Assembly (NCBI GenBank): GCA_900759715.1
Contig: CAAEXF010000039.1
Location: forward strand, 4,867-68,866
From: Clostridiaceae bacterium
GTDB lineage: Bacteria > Bacillota > Clostridia > Clostridiales > Clostridiaceae
Reading direction: 5' to 3'
Length of the DNA: 64,000 nt
The notes beneath the pieces are model-generated. The model was given only the letters and a program-made list of their open reading frames with translations. It searched no databases and was not told where the DNA came from. A program made the translations under genes and the position numbers. Each line of letters begins with the position of its first letter. The stretch's first letter is position 1. Below, one piece after another: positions 50,377 to 59,684 of the stretch.

Positions 50377-51471
50377 ATGACTAATAGAGAAGAAGAAATT
50401 TTAAGGCTAATTAAACAAAATCCAATGATAGCACAGAAAGAGCTTTCTGATGCTTTAGGTATTACCCGTTCTTCTGCTGCAGTGCATATAACAAACTTGA
50501 TGAAGAAGGGATATATCAAAGGCAAAGGTTATATATTGAATGAAGAACCCTATGTTTGTATTGTAGGTGGTGCGAACATTGATATTCAAGGATTTCCTAA
50601 TCAGAAGCTGATTACTAAGGATTCTAATCCTGGAGTAGTTAAAATATCTCTTGGTGGTGTAGGTAGGAATATAGGTGAAAATCTTAAAAAGCTTGGATCA
50701 GAAATTAAACTCATTACGGCTTTAGGAGATGATGTATACGGAAGTAAGATACTAGATGAAGCAAGAGCTATAGGAATGGATATGCAGCACTCTTTAATAC
50801 TTGAAGGACAATCTACTTCTACTTATCTATGCATACTTGATGAAGAAGGAGATATGCATGCAGCTATTGCATATATGGATATTTTTGAAGGCATGACGGC
50901 GGAGTTTATACAAAAGAAGAAACATGTAATAGAAAACTCCAGTATATGTGTTGTAGATACAAATATTCCTGAAGAAACTATAGAACATATTGTTACAAGC
51001 AATAGAGACACAGAATTTTTTCTAGATACAGTATCTACGTCAAAAGCAAAAAAGGTGAAAAATGTTATTGGTAATTTCCATACTATTAAGCCGAATAAAA
51101 TTGAAGCTGAAATTCTTTCAGGTATAGAAATAAGAAGTAACGATGATTTAAAAAGATGTGGAGAGTATTTTTTAAACCAAGGCATAAAAAGAGTATTCAT
51201 TACCTTAGGAGAAGAAGGGGTTTACTATAATGACGGCATAGATGAAAATATAGTAAAAACACCAAAAATTAAGGTAGTAAATGCAACAGGTGCAGGAGAT
51301 GCATTTGTAGCAGGACTTGTTTATGGTAAAACTAAAGACTTTACAATTGATTATTCAGTAAGATTTGCTATGAGCGCTTCTATATTAGCTCTGTCTCATA
51401 GTAATACAATAAATCCTAATATGTCACATGAAAATGTAATTAAAAAAATGGAGGAGTTAAAATTATGTTAG
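50377..51471 (+). CDS. psuK: HTH-fused PfkB kinase, probable pseudouridine kinase
   Basis: N-terminal wHTH; GGVGRN, KPN..E and NATGAGDAF motifs; overlaps psuG. Confidence 0.85.
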   Translation: MTNREEEILRLIKQNPMIAQKELSDALGITRSSAAVHITNLMKKGYIKGKGYILNEEPYVCIVGGANIDIQGFPNQKLITKDSNPGVVKISLGGVGRNIGENLKKLGSEIKLITALGDDVYGSKILDEARAIGMDMQHSLILEGQSTSTYLCILDEEGDMHAAIAYMDIFEGMTAEFIQKKKHVIENSSICVVDTNIPEETIEHIVTSNRDTEFFLDTVSTSKAKKVKNVIGNFHTIKPNKIEAEILSGIEIRSNDDLKRCGEYFLNQGIKRVFITLGEEGVYYNDGIDENIVKTPKIKVVNATGAGDAFVAGLVYGKTKDFTIDYSVRFAMSASILALSHSNTINPNMSHENVIKKMEELKLC

Positions 51472-52376
51472 AAAAATACTTAGATATAAAACCAGAGGTA
51501 AAAAAGGCATTGGAAGAAGGAAAGCCAGTAGTAGCATTAGAGTCTACTATAATATCACATGGTATGCCATATCCTAAAAATGTTGAAACAGCAAAAAAAG
51601 TTGAACAAATACTAAGAGATAAAGGCGTTACGCCAGCAACAATTGCTATACTAGATGGAAAATTAAAAGTAGGAATAAATGATGAAGAGCTTGAACACTT
51701 AGGAAAAAGCCAAAATGTGCTTAAGACAAGTAGAAGAGATATACCATTTATAGTTGCTAAGAAACTAGATGGAGCAACTACAGTAGCAACTACAATGATA
51801 ATAGCTGCACTTGCAGGCATAAAAGTGTTTGCTACAGGTGGTATTGGAGGAGTTCACAGAGGAGCGCAAGAAACTTTTGATATATCAGCTGACCTTCAAG
51901 AGTTAGCACATACAAATGTGGCAGTAGTTTGTGCTGGTGCAAAATCAATCTTAGATTTAGGTTTAACTTTAGAATATCTAGAAACTAACGGGGTACCTGT
52001 AATAGGATTCGGCACAGAAGAATTGCCAGCATTCTATACTAGAAAAAGCGGTTTTAAGGTAGACTATAGAGTTGATTCTGCAAAAGAGATAGCAGATACA
52101 ATAAAAGCAAAATGGGATTTAGGTCTAAATGGAGGACTTGTAATTACAAATCCAATTCCAGAAGAAGATGAAATGGACTATGATACAATAACTAAAGCAA
52201 TTGAAGATGCAGTAAAAGAAGCTGAAGAAAAAGGAATAAAAGGTAAGGAATCAACACCTTTCTTACTTGCTAAAATAAAAGAAATAACAGGCGGAGATAG
52301 CTTAGAATCAAATATTAAGCTTGTTTACAATAATACAAAACTTGCTGCTGATGTAGCTTTAGAATTGTCTAAATAA
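51465..52376 (+). CDS. psuG: Pseudouridine-5'-phosphate glycosidase
   Basis: VALESTIISHGMPYP, ATGGIGGVHRG, DISADL and GAKSILD motifs. Confidence 0.96.
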   Translation: MLEKYLDIKPEVKKALEEGKPVVALESTIISHGMPYPKNVETAKKVEQILRDKGVTPATIAILDGKLKVGINDEELEHLGKSQNVLKTSRRDIPFIVAKKLDGATTVATTMIIAALAGIKVFATGGIGGVHRGAQETFDISADLQELAHTNVAVVCAGAKSILDLGLTLEYLETNGVPVIGFGTEELPAFYTRKSGFKVDYRVDSAKEIADTIKAKWDLGLNGGLVITNPIPEEDEMDYDTITKAIEDAVKEAEEKGIKGKESTPFLLAKIKEITGGDSLESNIKLVYNNTKLAADVALELSK

Positions 52377-52382
52377 TGACGG

Positions 52383-52423
52383 TGATTGTGCTTTAAAATC
52401 AATTAAAGCACAATCATTTTTTT
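52383..52423 (+). terminator. Intrinsic terminator
   Basis: TGATTGTGCTTTAA..TTAAAGCACAATCA followed by a T run. Confidence 0.8.
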
Positions 52424-52524
52424 ATTTTTATAATTATTAAAATTGACGTTTAATTTAGTATTTTTATGTAATTTAGATTAATTGTTTACATATTGAAATT
52501 TTTATTTTAAGTGATAAAATTAAA

Positions 52525-52604
52525 ATGTCGGTATTCGTATGAAACTGAACATCTATTTTATTAAAACTATTCCGAATTATATCCAAAGTAGGAATAAGAA
52601 CGGA
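52525..52604 (+). promoter_or_regulatory. Structured leader of panT (bulged hairpin plus SD-occluding hairpin)
   Basis: ATGTCGGTATTC-GTAT-GAAACTGAACAT; TTCCG..ATCC/GGA..CGGAG covers part of the RBS; promoter TTGAAA..TAAAAT at 52493-52520. Confidence 0.5.
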
Positions 52605-52611
52605 GGAAACT

Positions 52612-53202
52612 ATGGAAAGAGGATTAAGAACGACAACAAGATTTAACACAAGACAAATCACTACAATTGGAATGCTATCAGCAATATCAATTGTACTAGG
52701 AGTAACTGGATTGGGATTTATACCTATTCCACCAGTAAAAGCTACTATAATGCATATTCCTGTTATTATAGGAGCTATTTTAGAGGGGCCTGTAGTAGGG
52801 GCTATGGTTGGCTTGATATTTGGTATTTTCAGTATTGTACAAGCTATAACTACTCCAACACCAGTATCATTTATATTTTTGAACCCTCTGGTATCAGTAC
52901 TTCCTAGAGTACTTATAGCATTAACGTCTTATTATACGTATAAGGCTATAAAAACTAACTTTAAGGTACTAAACATGTCTGTTGCAGCAGCAATAGGTTC
53001 ACTCACTAATACTTGCGGAGTTCTAGGAATGATTTACTTACTATACTTAGAACCATATGCAAAAGTACTGCATCTAAGTACTAGTGCTGCTCAGAAAGGA
53101 ATAATTACAATTGGTGCAACCAATGGTATTCCAGAAGCGATAATATCTACAATAATAACAGTTTCAGTCGTAACTGCTGTTAATAAAATAAGACGCAAAT
53201 AA
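52612..53202 (+). CDS. panT: ECF S-component, PanT (pantothenate) type
   Basis: LGFIP, TIMHIPVIIGAILEGP, NPLVSVLPR, TNT.GVL and NG.PEA motifs; adjacent to pan genes. Confidence 0.82.
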   Translation: MERGLRTTTRFNTRQITTIGMLSAISIVLGVTGLGFIPIPPVKATIMHIPVIIGAILEGPVVGAMVGLIFGIFSIVQAITTPTPVSFIFLNPLVSVLPRVLIALTSYYTYKAIKTNFKVLNMSVAAAIGSLTNTCGVLGMIYLLYLEPYAKVLHLSTSAAQKGIITIGATNGIPEAIISTIITVSVVTAVNKIRRK

Positions 53203-53209
53203 GAAAATT

Positions 53210-53250
53210 ACCCTATAAATTTAGCTTCAGTCTAAATTTATAGGGTTTTT
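53210..53250 (+). terminator. Intrinsic terminator
   Basis: ACCCTATAAATTTAG..CTAAATTTATAGGGT followed by a T run. Confidence 0.8.
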
Positions 53251-53371
53251 ATAATTGATTAGAAATATAAATACATTATTGGAATGGTTAAGATTCGTTT
53301 TCAAATTTATAATCAATTCTTATATGGAAAAATATGTATAAAACGTGATATAATTAATTAAAACTTGTGCT

Positions 53372-54175
53372 TTGGAGGACGCTGTAGTGGAAAGTATAGA
53401 AAATGATAATTCAAAACAGAACTATTATATAAACTCTTTAATTAAATCTTTCGGGGTGCTAGAAATTTTATCTGAATATGATGAGATGAGTATTTTAGAA
53501 TTAAGCAAGGCTTCGGGCTTAGGAAAGAGTTCGATTCACAGAATATTAGGCACCTTTAAACATATCGGATATGTGAATCAAAATAATATAAATGGGAAAT
53601 ATTATGCAACGATAAAGCTGTTTGAGCTGGGCAATAAAGTGGCAAATAGAATGCCTTTAAGAAAAGTAGCACGACCTTTTTTGGAAGAGTTATTCGAGTT
53701 GTGCCATGAGACTGTAAACATAGGAATATTAGATAAGTACGATGTTGTATATCTAGATAAAATAATTACAAAGGAGCCTCTAAGAATAGAGTTAGATATA
53801 GGTAGAAGAGTACCTGCCTTTTGTAGTGCTATGGGAAAAGCTATATTAGCTTTTAATGAGAATATTTCTATATCAGAACTACAATTTAGAAAGATTACAG
53901 ATACTACTATAGACACCTATGAGGAACTAGAAAATCAGTTAAAACAAATAAGAAATCAAGGTTATGCAATAGACAATGAAGAGTATATTAAAGGACTTAC
54001 ATGTATATCTGTGCCGTTGAAGGTTGATGACAATATGTCTTATGTTGCTTTAAGTATAGCATCGCCAAGTGCTAGAATAACTGAAGAAAAAAAACAGATA
54101 TATATACAGTTATTGCGAAATACCGCTGATAAAATAATAAATGCGCTAGGAGCTTGGGGTAAGCACTGTATTTAA
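53372..54175 (+). CDS. IclR family transcriptional regulator
   Basis: KSSIHRIL HTH; ETVN, SAMGKA and GYAIDNEE motifs. Confidence 0.93.
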   Translation: MEDAVVESIENDNSKQNYYINSLIKSFGVLEILSEYDEMSILELSKASGLGKSSIHRILGTFKHIGYVNQNNINGKYYATIKLFELGNKVANRMPLRKVARPFLEELFELCHETVNIGILDKYDVVYLDKIITKEPLRIELDIGRRVPAFCSAMGKAILAFNENISISELQFRKITDTTIDTYEELENQLKQIRNQGYAIDNEEYIKGLTCISVPLKVDDNMSYVALSIASPSARITEEKKQIYIQLLRNTADKIINALGAWGKHCI

Positions 54176-54374
54176 ATATAAAGCTTAAGAACTGTTGATA
54201 AATTATATATCAGCAGTTTTTTATTTTGTATTAATACATATCCATAGAAAAGAGATATTTAAATGTAAATAGACTTTATAAAATTTATTTAATTAATTTA
54301 AAGTTTTAAGAAAATGTAAATTAATTAGTAATTTTTGTATTATTAAAAGCATATTAATATACCAATGTGAGATT

Positions 54375-54412
54375 AATTCTGCTATACAGAATTTTATTCC
54401 ATAATATAGAAT
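54375..54412 (+). promoter_or_regulatory. Twin IclR-type operators before panB
   Basis: AATTCTG-CTATA-CAGAATT and ATTCCATAATATAGAAT, 20 bp apart (TTC-N9-GAA). Confidence 0.7.
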
Positions 54413-54428
54413 TCAGGGAGGGAAGAAA

Positions 54429-55265
54429 ATGACAAAACAAAAAGTAGCTATACCAAGCTTTAAGGATATGAAAAAAGAGGGGAAAAAGATAAGAATGGTT
54501 ACAGCCTATGACTACCATACTGCGGCACTAGTAGATCAAGCTGATATCGAAATGATACTTGTTGGAGATTCACTGGCTATGGTTATGCTTGGATACGATT
54601 CTACTGTTGGAGTTACAATGGAAGATATGATTCATCATATTAAGCCTGTAGTTAAAGGTGCACCAAATACCATAATAATTGGTGATATGCCATTTGGTTC
54701 ATATAACGTTAGTTGTGAACAAGCTGTTATAAATGCCACTCGTCTTATGAAAGAAGGAGGTTGTGATTGCATAAAATTAGAAGGTGGGTTAGCTGTAGCA
54801 GACAAGGTAGAAGCTATTGTTAAGGCTGGTATTCCAGTAATAGGTCATATAGGACTTACGCCTCAAACCAGTTCCCAGTTAGGTGGATTTAAGGTTCAAG
54901 GAAAAAATATTGAAGATGCTAAAAGAATAGTAGAAGAGGCAAAGGCATTAGAGAAAGCTGGAGCATTTATGGTAGTAATAGAATGTGTCCCATCTGCTAT
55001 AGGAAAGCTAATATCTGAAAGTATATATATACCAACAATTGGTATAGGCGCAGGACCAGACTGTGATGGTCAAGTGCTTGTAACTCATGACATGATGGGG
55101 ATGTACGGAAAGTTTACACCTAAATTTGTGAAAAAATATGCTAATTTAAGTGAAATAATTATTAATGCGTTTAATCAATATTCTGAAGAAGTACAGAGTG
55201 GAAGTTTTCCAGATGAAAAGTATAGTTTTGGAATGAAAGAAGAAGTTCTAAAGAAGTTATATTAA
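54429..55265 (+). CDS. panB: Ketopantoate hydroxymethyltransferase
   Basis: TAYD, LVGDSL, DMPF.SY, KLEGG, GHIGLTPQ and IGIGAG.DCDGQVLV motifs. Confidence 0.96.
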   Translation: MTKQKVAIPSFKDMKKEGKKIRMVTAYDYHTAALVDQADIEMILVGDSLAMVMLGYDSTVGVTMEDMIHHIKPVVKGAPNTIIIGDMPFGSYNVSCEQAVINATRLMKEGGCDCIKLEGGLAVADKVEAIVKAGIPVIGHIGLTPQTSSQLGGFKVQGKNIEDAKRIVEEAKALEKAGAFMVVIECVPSAIGKLISESIYIPTIGIGAGPDCDGQVLVTHDMMGMYGKFTPKFVKKYANLSEIIINAFNQYSEEVQSGSFPDEKYSFGMKEEVLKKLY

Positions 55266-55344
55266 ATAACACTTTAGCAATATAAAGCTAAATTATTGTG
55301 CTGATATATCAGCACAATAATTTAAAATCGGAGGGGTATCATTT

Positions 55345-56256
55345 ATGAAAATAGCGATAATAGGTGCTGGTGCTATGGGAAGTTTATATGGGGGATATCT
55401 TTCAAGAGCCGGGGAAGATGTATACTTAGTAGATATTTGGCAATCGCATATAGATGAAATAAATGGTAATGGCTTGATAATAAAAGAAAGAGAAGATGAA
55501 ATCGTAGTATATCCTAAAGCTTTTTCTAAGGCAGAAGAAATAGGATCTGTTGATTTGGCAATCATTTTTGTGAAATCTATATTAACAGAAAAGGCGCTAG
55601 CAAATAATAAAGCAATTTTGGGAAGTAACACTTTAGTGATGAGTTTACAAAATGGTTATGGCAATATTGAACAAATAGAAAAGTATGTTAAAAGTGAAAA
55701 TATAATAGCAGGAACTACTGCACATGGGGCTACTATGCTTGGACCTGGCAATATCAAGCATGCAGGAAGCGGAGTTACACATATAGGATGGTTGAAGAAT
55801 AATAAAAATAATAGCATAGAGCAAATTGCTGCAGCTTTAAAAAGAGCTGGTTTTGATACTAATATTTCAGATAATGTAATGGAGCTTATATGGTCAAAGC
55901 TTATAGTTAATGTAGGAATTAATGCCCTCACTGCCATACTAGAAGTAGAAAATGGGAAATTATTAGATGTTGATGAAACGAAATATCTTATGAAATTAGC
56001 TGTGGAAGAGGCAATAGATGTAGCAGAAGCTTTAGGGGTTAAGTTTAATAGAGATGAAACAATAGAGAAGGTTATGCAGGTTGCCTACAATACAACAGGA
56101 AATAAATCCTCAATGCTTCAGGATATTTTAAATAAAAGAAAGACTGAAATAGAAACGATAAATGGTGCGATCGTTAGGGAGGGAATGAAACATTTTGTAA
56201 AAACTCCAGTAAATACTGTACTACTTAATCTTATAAAAGCAAAAGAAGTTATTTAA
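55345..56256 (+). CDS. panE: Ketopantoate reductase
   Basis: GAGAMG, VKS, LQNG, W.KL..N..IN and SSMLQD...TEI..ING motifs. Confidence 0.94.
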   Translation: MKIAIIGAGAMGSLYGGYLSRAGEDVYLVDIWQSHIDEINGNGLIIKEREDEIVVYPKAFSKAEEIGSVDLAIIFVKSILTEKALANNKAILGSNTLVMSLQNGYGNIEQIEKYVKSENIIAGTTAHGATMLGPGNIKHAGSGVTHIGWLKNNKNNSIEQIAAALKRAGFDTNISDNVMELIWSKLIVNVGINALTAILEVENGKLLDVDETKYLMKLAVEEAIDVAEALGVKFNRDETIEKVMQVAYNTTGNKSSMLQDILNKRKTEIETINGAIVREGMKHFVKTPVNTVLLNLIKAKEVI

Positions 56257-56323
56257 ATTATGAAAATTCAAGGATAAATGAGCATACTAAAAAAATTAAA
56301 AGATTATAGAAAGGAGTTTTTGT

Positions 56324-57781
56324 ATGAACGGATATATTGTAGCAATTGCATTATATTGTATAGCACTGATATTAATAAGTATAGTTGTTTCTAAATATGT
56401 AAAGGGTGGAAATGATTTTATAGTAGCTGGAAGAAGGTTTAACTCTGGATTACTATTTGCTACATTAATAGGAGGGAATATTGGAGCAGGATCTACAGTT
56501 GGTATTACTGGATTAGCATATACATCAGGTATATCAGCAGTTTGGTGGATGATAATGTCAGCTTTAGGAAGTATGGTTCTTGCATTTATAGTTGGTCCTA
56601 AAATTTGGGAATTATCTATAAAATATAATTTGCTTACTGCTGGTGACTTTTTAGATAGAAGATATTCCAAAAAGTTTAAAGGTGTTTTTTCTACTATGAT
56701 GGCAATAGGAACTCTAGCTTTATTTGCTGGTCAACTTATGGGCGTTGCGTGGATATTAAATGTTACTGCTGGTGTACCTAAGATCACTGGAATAATTATT
56801 GGTGCAATAGTTGTTACTGTATATTTTGCATTCGGAGGAATAGTATCAGCTGCATATGTAGGGATATTGAAATTAGTAGTAGTTTTAACAGGATTTATAA
56901 TAGCTGTGCCTTTTGCACTAAGTCATGTCGGGGGATTAGGCGGATTACACACATTAGTGGCAGCAAACTTAGGAAGTGTGGCTAAAATAAATAGTTATTT
57001 CAGCTTCTTTGGATTAGGTGCAACTGTTATAATAGGATACTTTTTTATGTTAACTCCTTCATTTTTCATATCACCTGGCTTAATTGGAATAGTATTTGGA
57101 TCTAAAGACAAAGCAACTGTAAGAAAGGGGACAACATATAATGCAATAGTTCAATTCATTTTTGCTTTCATTCCTGCAATACTTGGTATGTGTACCTTTG
57201 CATTGTTTCCGCATTTAACTGTTCAGGATTTGGCATTACCTACAGCAATGAAGGAATTACTGCCTTTCTGGGTATCAGCAATAGCTTTAGCAGCGGTTTT
57301 TGCCGCTGAAATAAGTACGGCAGATACAGTTTTATATATGCTAACTACATCTTTTACAAATGATATATATAAGACCTTTATAAAACCTAAGACTACTGAT
57401 ACCGAATTATTAAGAATGAGCAGATACGTTACTTTTGTTTCTGGAATTCTCGGAGTTGGGATGGCATTATTACTGCCTAACATTATAACAGCACTTTCAA
57501 TTTTTTATACATTAATGTCTGTATCTCTTACTGCACCGTTACTTTTTGGAATATTTTCAAATCGCCCAACAGCAGCAGCAGCTTCGGTTTCAGCAATATC
57601 AGGCGTAGCGCTTACAATAATATTGACATTTGGATATAAGGTAAAACTTTTTGGAATTCTAAATGCCCAAAGTACCGGAATTCTTTTATCAATAATAATT
57701 ATGATTATAATTATGTACGCATTTCCTGCAAAAGCATTTAAAGATGGCAAAAAAGAAATAGAGATGAATGTATCAAAATAG
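56324..57781 (+). CDS. Sodium:solute symporter (PanF/PutP family)
   Basis: DF.VAGR, T..DFL.RRY and A..STAD motifs; about 13 TM. Confidence 0.9.
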   Translation: MNGYIVAIALYCIALILISIVVSKYVKGGNDFIVAGRRFNSGLLFATLIGGNIGAGSTVGITGLAYTSGISAVWWMIMSALGSMVLAFIVGPKIWELSIKYNLLTAGDFLDRRYSKKFKGVFSTMMAIGTLALFAGQLMGVAWILNVTAGVPKITGIIIGAIVVTVYFAFGGIVSAAYVGILKLVVVLTGFIIAVPFALSHVGGLGGLHTLVAANLGSVAKINSYFSFFGLGATVIIGYFFMLTPSFFISPGLIGIVFGSKDKATVRKGTTYNAIVQFIFAFIPAILGMCTFALFPHLTVQDLALPTAMKELLPFWVSAIALAAVFAAEISTADTVLYMLTTSFTNDIYKTFIKPKTTDTELLRMSRYVTFVSGILGVGMALLLPNIITALSIFYTLMSVSLTAPLLFGIFSNRPTAAAASVSAISGVALTIILTFGYKVKLFGILNAQSTGILLSIIIMIIIMYAFPAKAFKDGKKEIEMNVSK

Positions 57782-57803
57782 AAATATTTATGGAGGTTTA
57801 ATA

Positions 57804-59453
57804 ATGATTTTTGATTATTCGTATGCTGATTATGCTTTTAAAAATGGAAGAGTAATAACAGTGAACGAAAGAGATGAAATTGTTGAAGCAGTGGCTGTAA
57901 AAGGCAATAAAATAGTATATGTAGGAGATAACGAAGGATTAGAAAAAATTATTGATAATAATACCAAGGTTATTGACCTTAAAGGGCGCGCTTTGACTCC
58001 TGGATTTATTGATACACATTACCATCCTATTTTAAACGGATTCTTTGGAAATACAGAAGAGGCTGCAATTATAAATACAGGATATAACAACTGCAAATCA
58101 ATTAAGGATATTATTGAACTAATTAAAAAAGCTGCATCAAAGAGAAAGCCTGGTGAATGGATTTCCATGATGGGTTATGATCACAATAGAGTTGAAGAAA
58201 AGAGACACATTACAATAGAAGAAATGGATGAAGCTGCTCCAAATAATCCTGTACAGTGCATGAGGATGTGCGGACATATTTGTATGTATAACACACTTGC
58301 ACTTAATTCAGTCGGTATATTTACACCTGAAGATGCAAAAAAGTTTGCACAGGACGAGGTTGTAGTTGAAAATGGTAAACTAACTGGTATGGTTAAAGAT
58401 CATTCACACTTTTATATTTGGAGTAAGGTAGTGTACACTGATGAGCAACAAAGAGCCGCTGCAATGAAATCAAAGGATTTGCTCCTTAGAAATGGAATAA
58501 CTTCCGTGCATGATGCAGGGGAATGTGATAAGCCTTCTTATCATATAATGCAGAGTCTTTGTAGATCTGGAGAATTTAAGATTAGAGAATATATGATGCT
58601 TCATAGTATTTTTGGAAAACCTGTTTCTCTCGAGGATAATGAACATTTTCTTGCCCTTGGACTACAGAGTGGAATAGGAGATGAACACTTTAAAATTGGT
58701 ACTTGTAAATTCATGATAGACGGAGGGACAAGTGGACCTTCTTGCGCAACAAGAGAACCTTACTGTCATGATACTGATATGCCTGGCATACTTGGGTGGA
58801 AAAGAGAGGAAGTAGCTGAATATATAAAAAAGATTAATGAGGCTGAGTGCCAGGCATCAGCACATGCCGTTGGTGATTTGGCTATCGAATTTATGGTAGA
58901 AGGCTATGAAAAAGCCTTCAAAACAAATCCGAGGCCTGAAGCTAGACATAGAATTGAACACTGTGCTATTGTAGACCAGGATCTTATAGATAGAATGGCT
59001 AAGTTAAACATTTGTCCTAGTACAAACCCTGGAATGATAGCTTGGAATGGAAGAAATTATACTAGGTTCTACGGTGACAGAATGAAATATTTTATAGCAT
59101 TAAGGAGCATGATTGATGCAGGTGTTATGGTTTCAATCGGAAGCGATGCACCATCGGGGCCAGTAGAATCAATGTCTATATTAGATGCCTGTGTAAATAG
59201 AACTGACAGGGTAACAAATGAGCCAATAGATCAGGATCAGAAAATCACTATATTGGAAGCAATTAGACTGTATACTTACAATGGAGCTTACTCAAGCTAT
59301 GAAGAAAAGATTAAAGGCAGCATTGAAGTTGGTAAATTAGCCGATATGATTGTTCTCTCTGAGGATATTATATTATACCATCAGGATAAGATACTTGATA
59401 TTAAAGTTGATATGACTATTATTGACGGAAAAATTGAGTATGAAAGAAAATAG
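57804..59453 (+). CDS. Amidohydrolase-3 (YtcJ-like)
   Basis: DLKGR..TPGFIDTHYH, K...DG, HAVGD, RIEH, GSDAP and GSIEVGKLAD motifs; start ATG 57804 (GGAGG). Confidence 0.9.
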   Translation: MIFDYSYADYAFKNGRVITVNERDEIVEAVAVKGNKIVYVGDNEGLEKIIDNNTKVIDLKGRALTPGFIDTHYHPILNGFFGNTEEAAIINTGYNNCKSIKDIIELIKKAASKRKPGEWISMMGYDHNRVEEKRHITIEEMDEAAPNNPVQCMRMCGHICMYNTLALNSVGIFTPEDAKKFAQDEVVVENGKLTGMVKDHSHFYIWSKVVYTDEQQRAAAMKSKDLLLRNGITSVHDAGECDKPSYHIMQSLCRSGEFKIREYMMLHSIFGKPVSLEDNEHFLALGLQSGIGDEHFKIGTCKFMIDGGTSGPSCATREPYCHDTDMPGILGWKREEVAEYIKKINEAECQASAHAVGDLAIEFMVEGYEKAFKTNPRPEARHRIEHCAIVDQDLIDRMAKLNICPSTNPGMIAWNGRNYTRFYGDRMKYFIALRSMIDAGVMVSIGSDAPSGPVESMSILDACVNRTDRVTNEPIDQDQKITILEAIRLYTYNGAYSSYEEKIKGSIEVGKLADMIVLSEDIILYHQDKILDIKVDMTIIDGKIEYERK

Positions 59454-59467
59454 ATTTTACTAATAGA

Positions 59468-59495
59468 AACCTCGTAAATTTTTGCGAGGTTTTTT
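59468..59495 (+). terminator. Intrinsic terminator
   Basis: AAACCTCGTAA..TTGCGAGGTTT followed by a T run. Confidence 0.8.
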
Positions 59496-59587
59496 ATTTA
59501 TCCAATTTAGAAGCAAGTTATTGTATTTATTAGGCAAAAGGTAATATTTAAAATGCTCAAATCATATAAATATATAGGCATAAATAT

Positions 59588-59624
59588 ATTCTGCTATAGT
59601 AAATTAAGTTCTGACATACAGAAT
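59588..59624 (+). promoter_or_regulatory. Twin IclR-type operators before the OPT gene
   Basis: ATTCTGCTATAGTAAAT and GTTCTGACATACAGAAT, 20 bp apart, same motif and spacing as at panB. Confidence 0.68.
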
Positions 59625-59684
59625 GATTTAGGAGGTGTGTATAGGCATATAATTTACTTTATCAATTCTTATGGAGGGAGTAAT

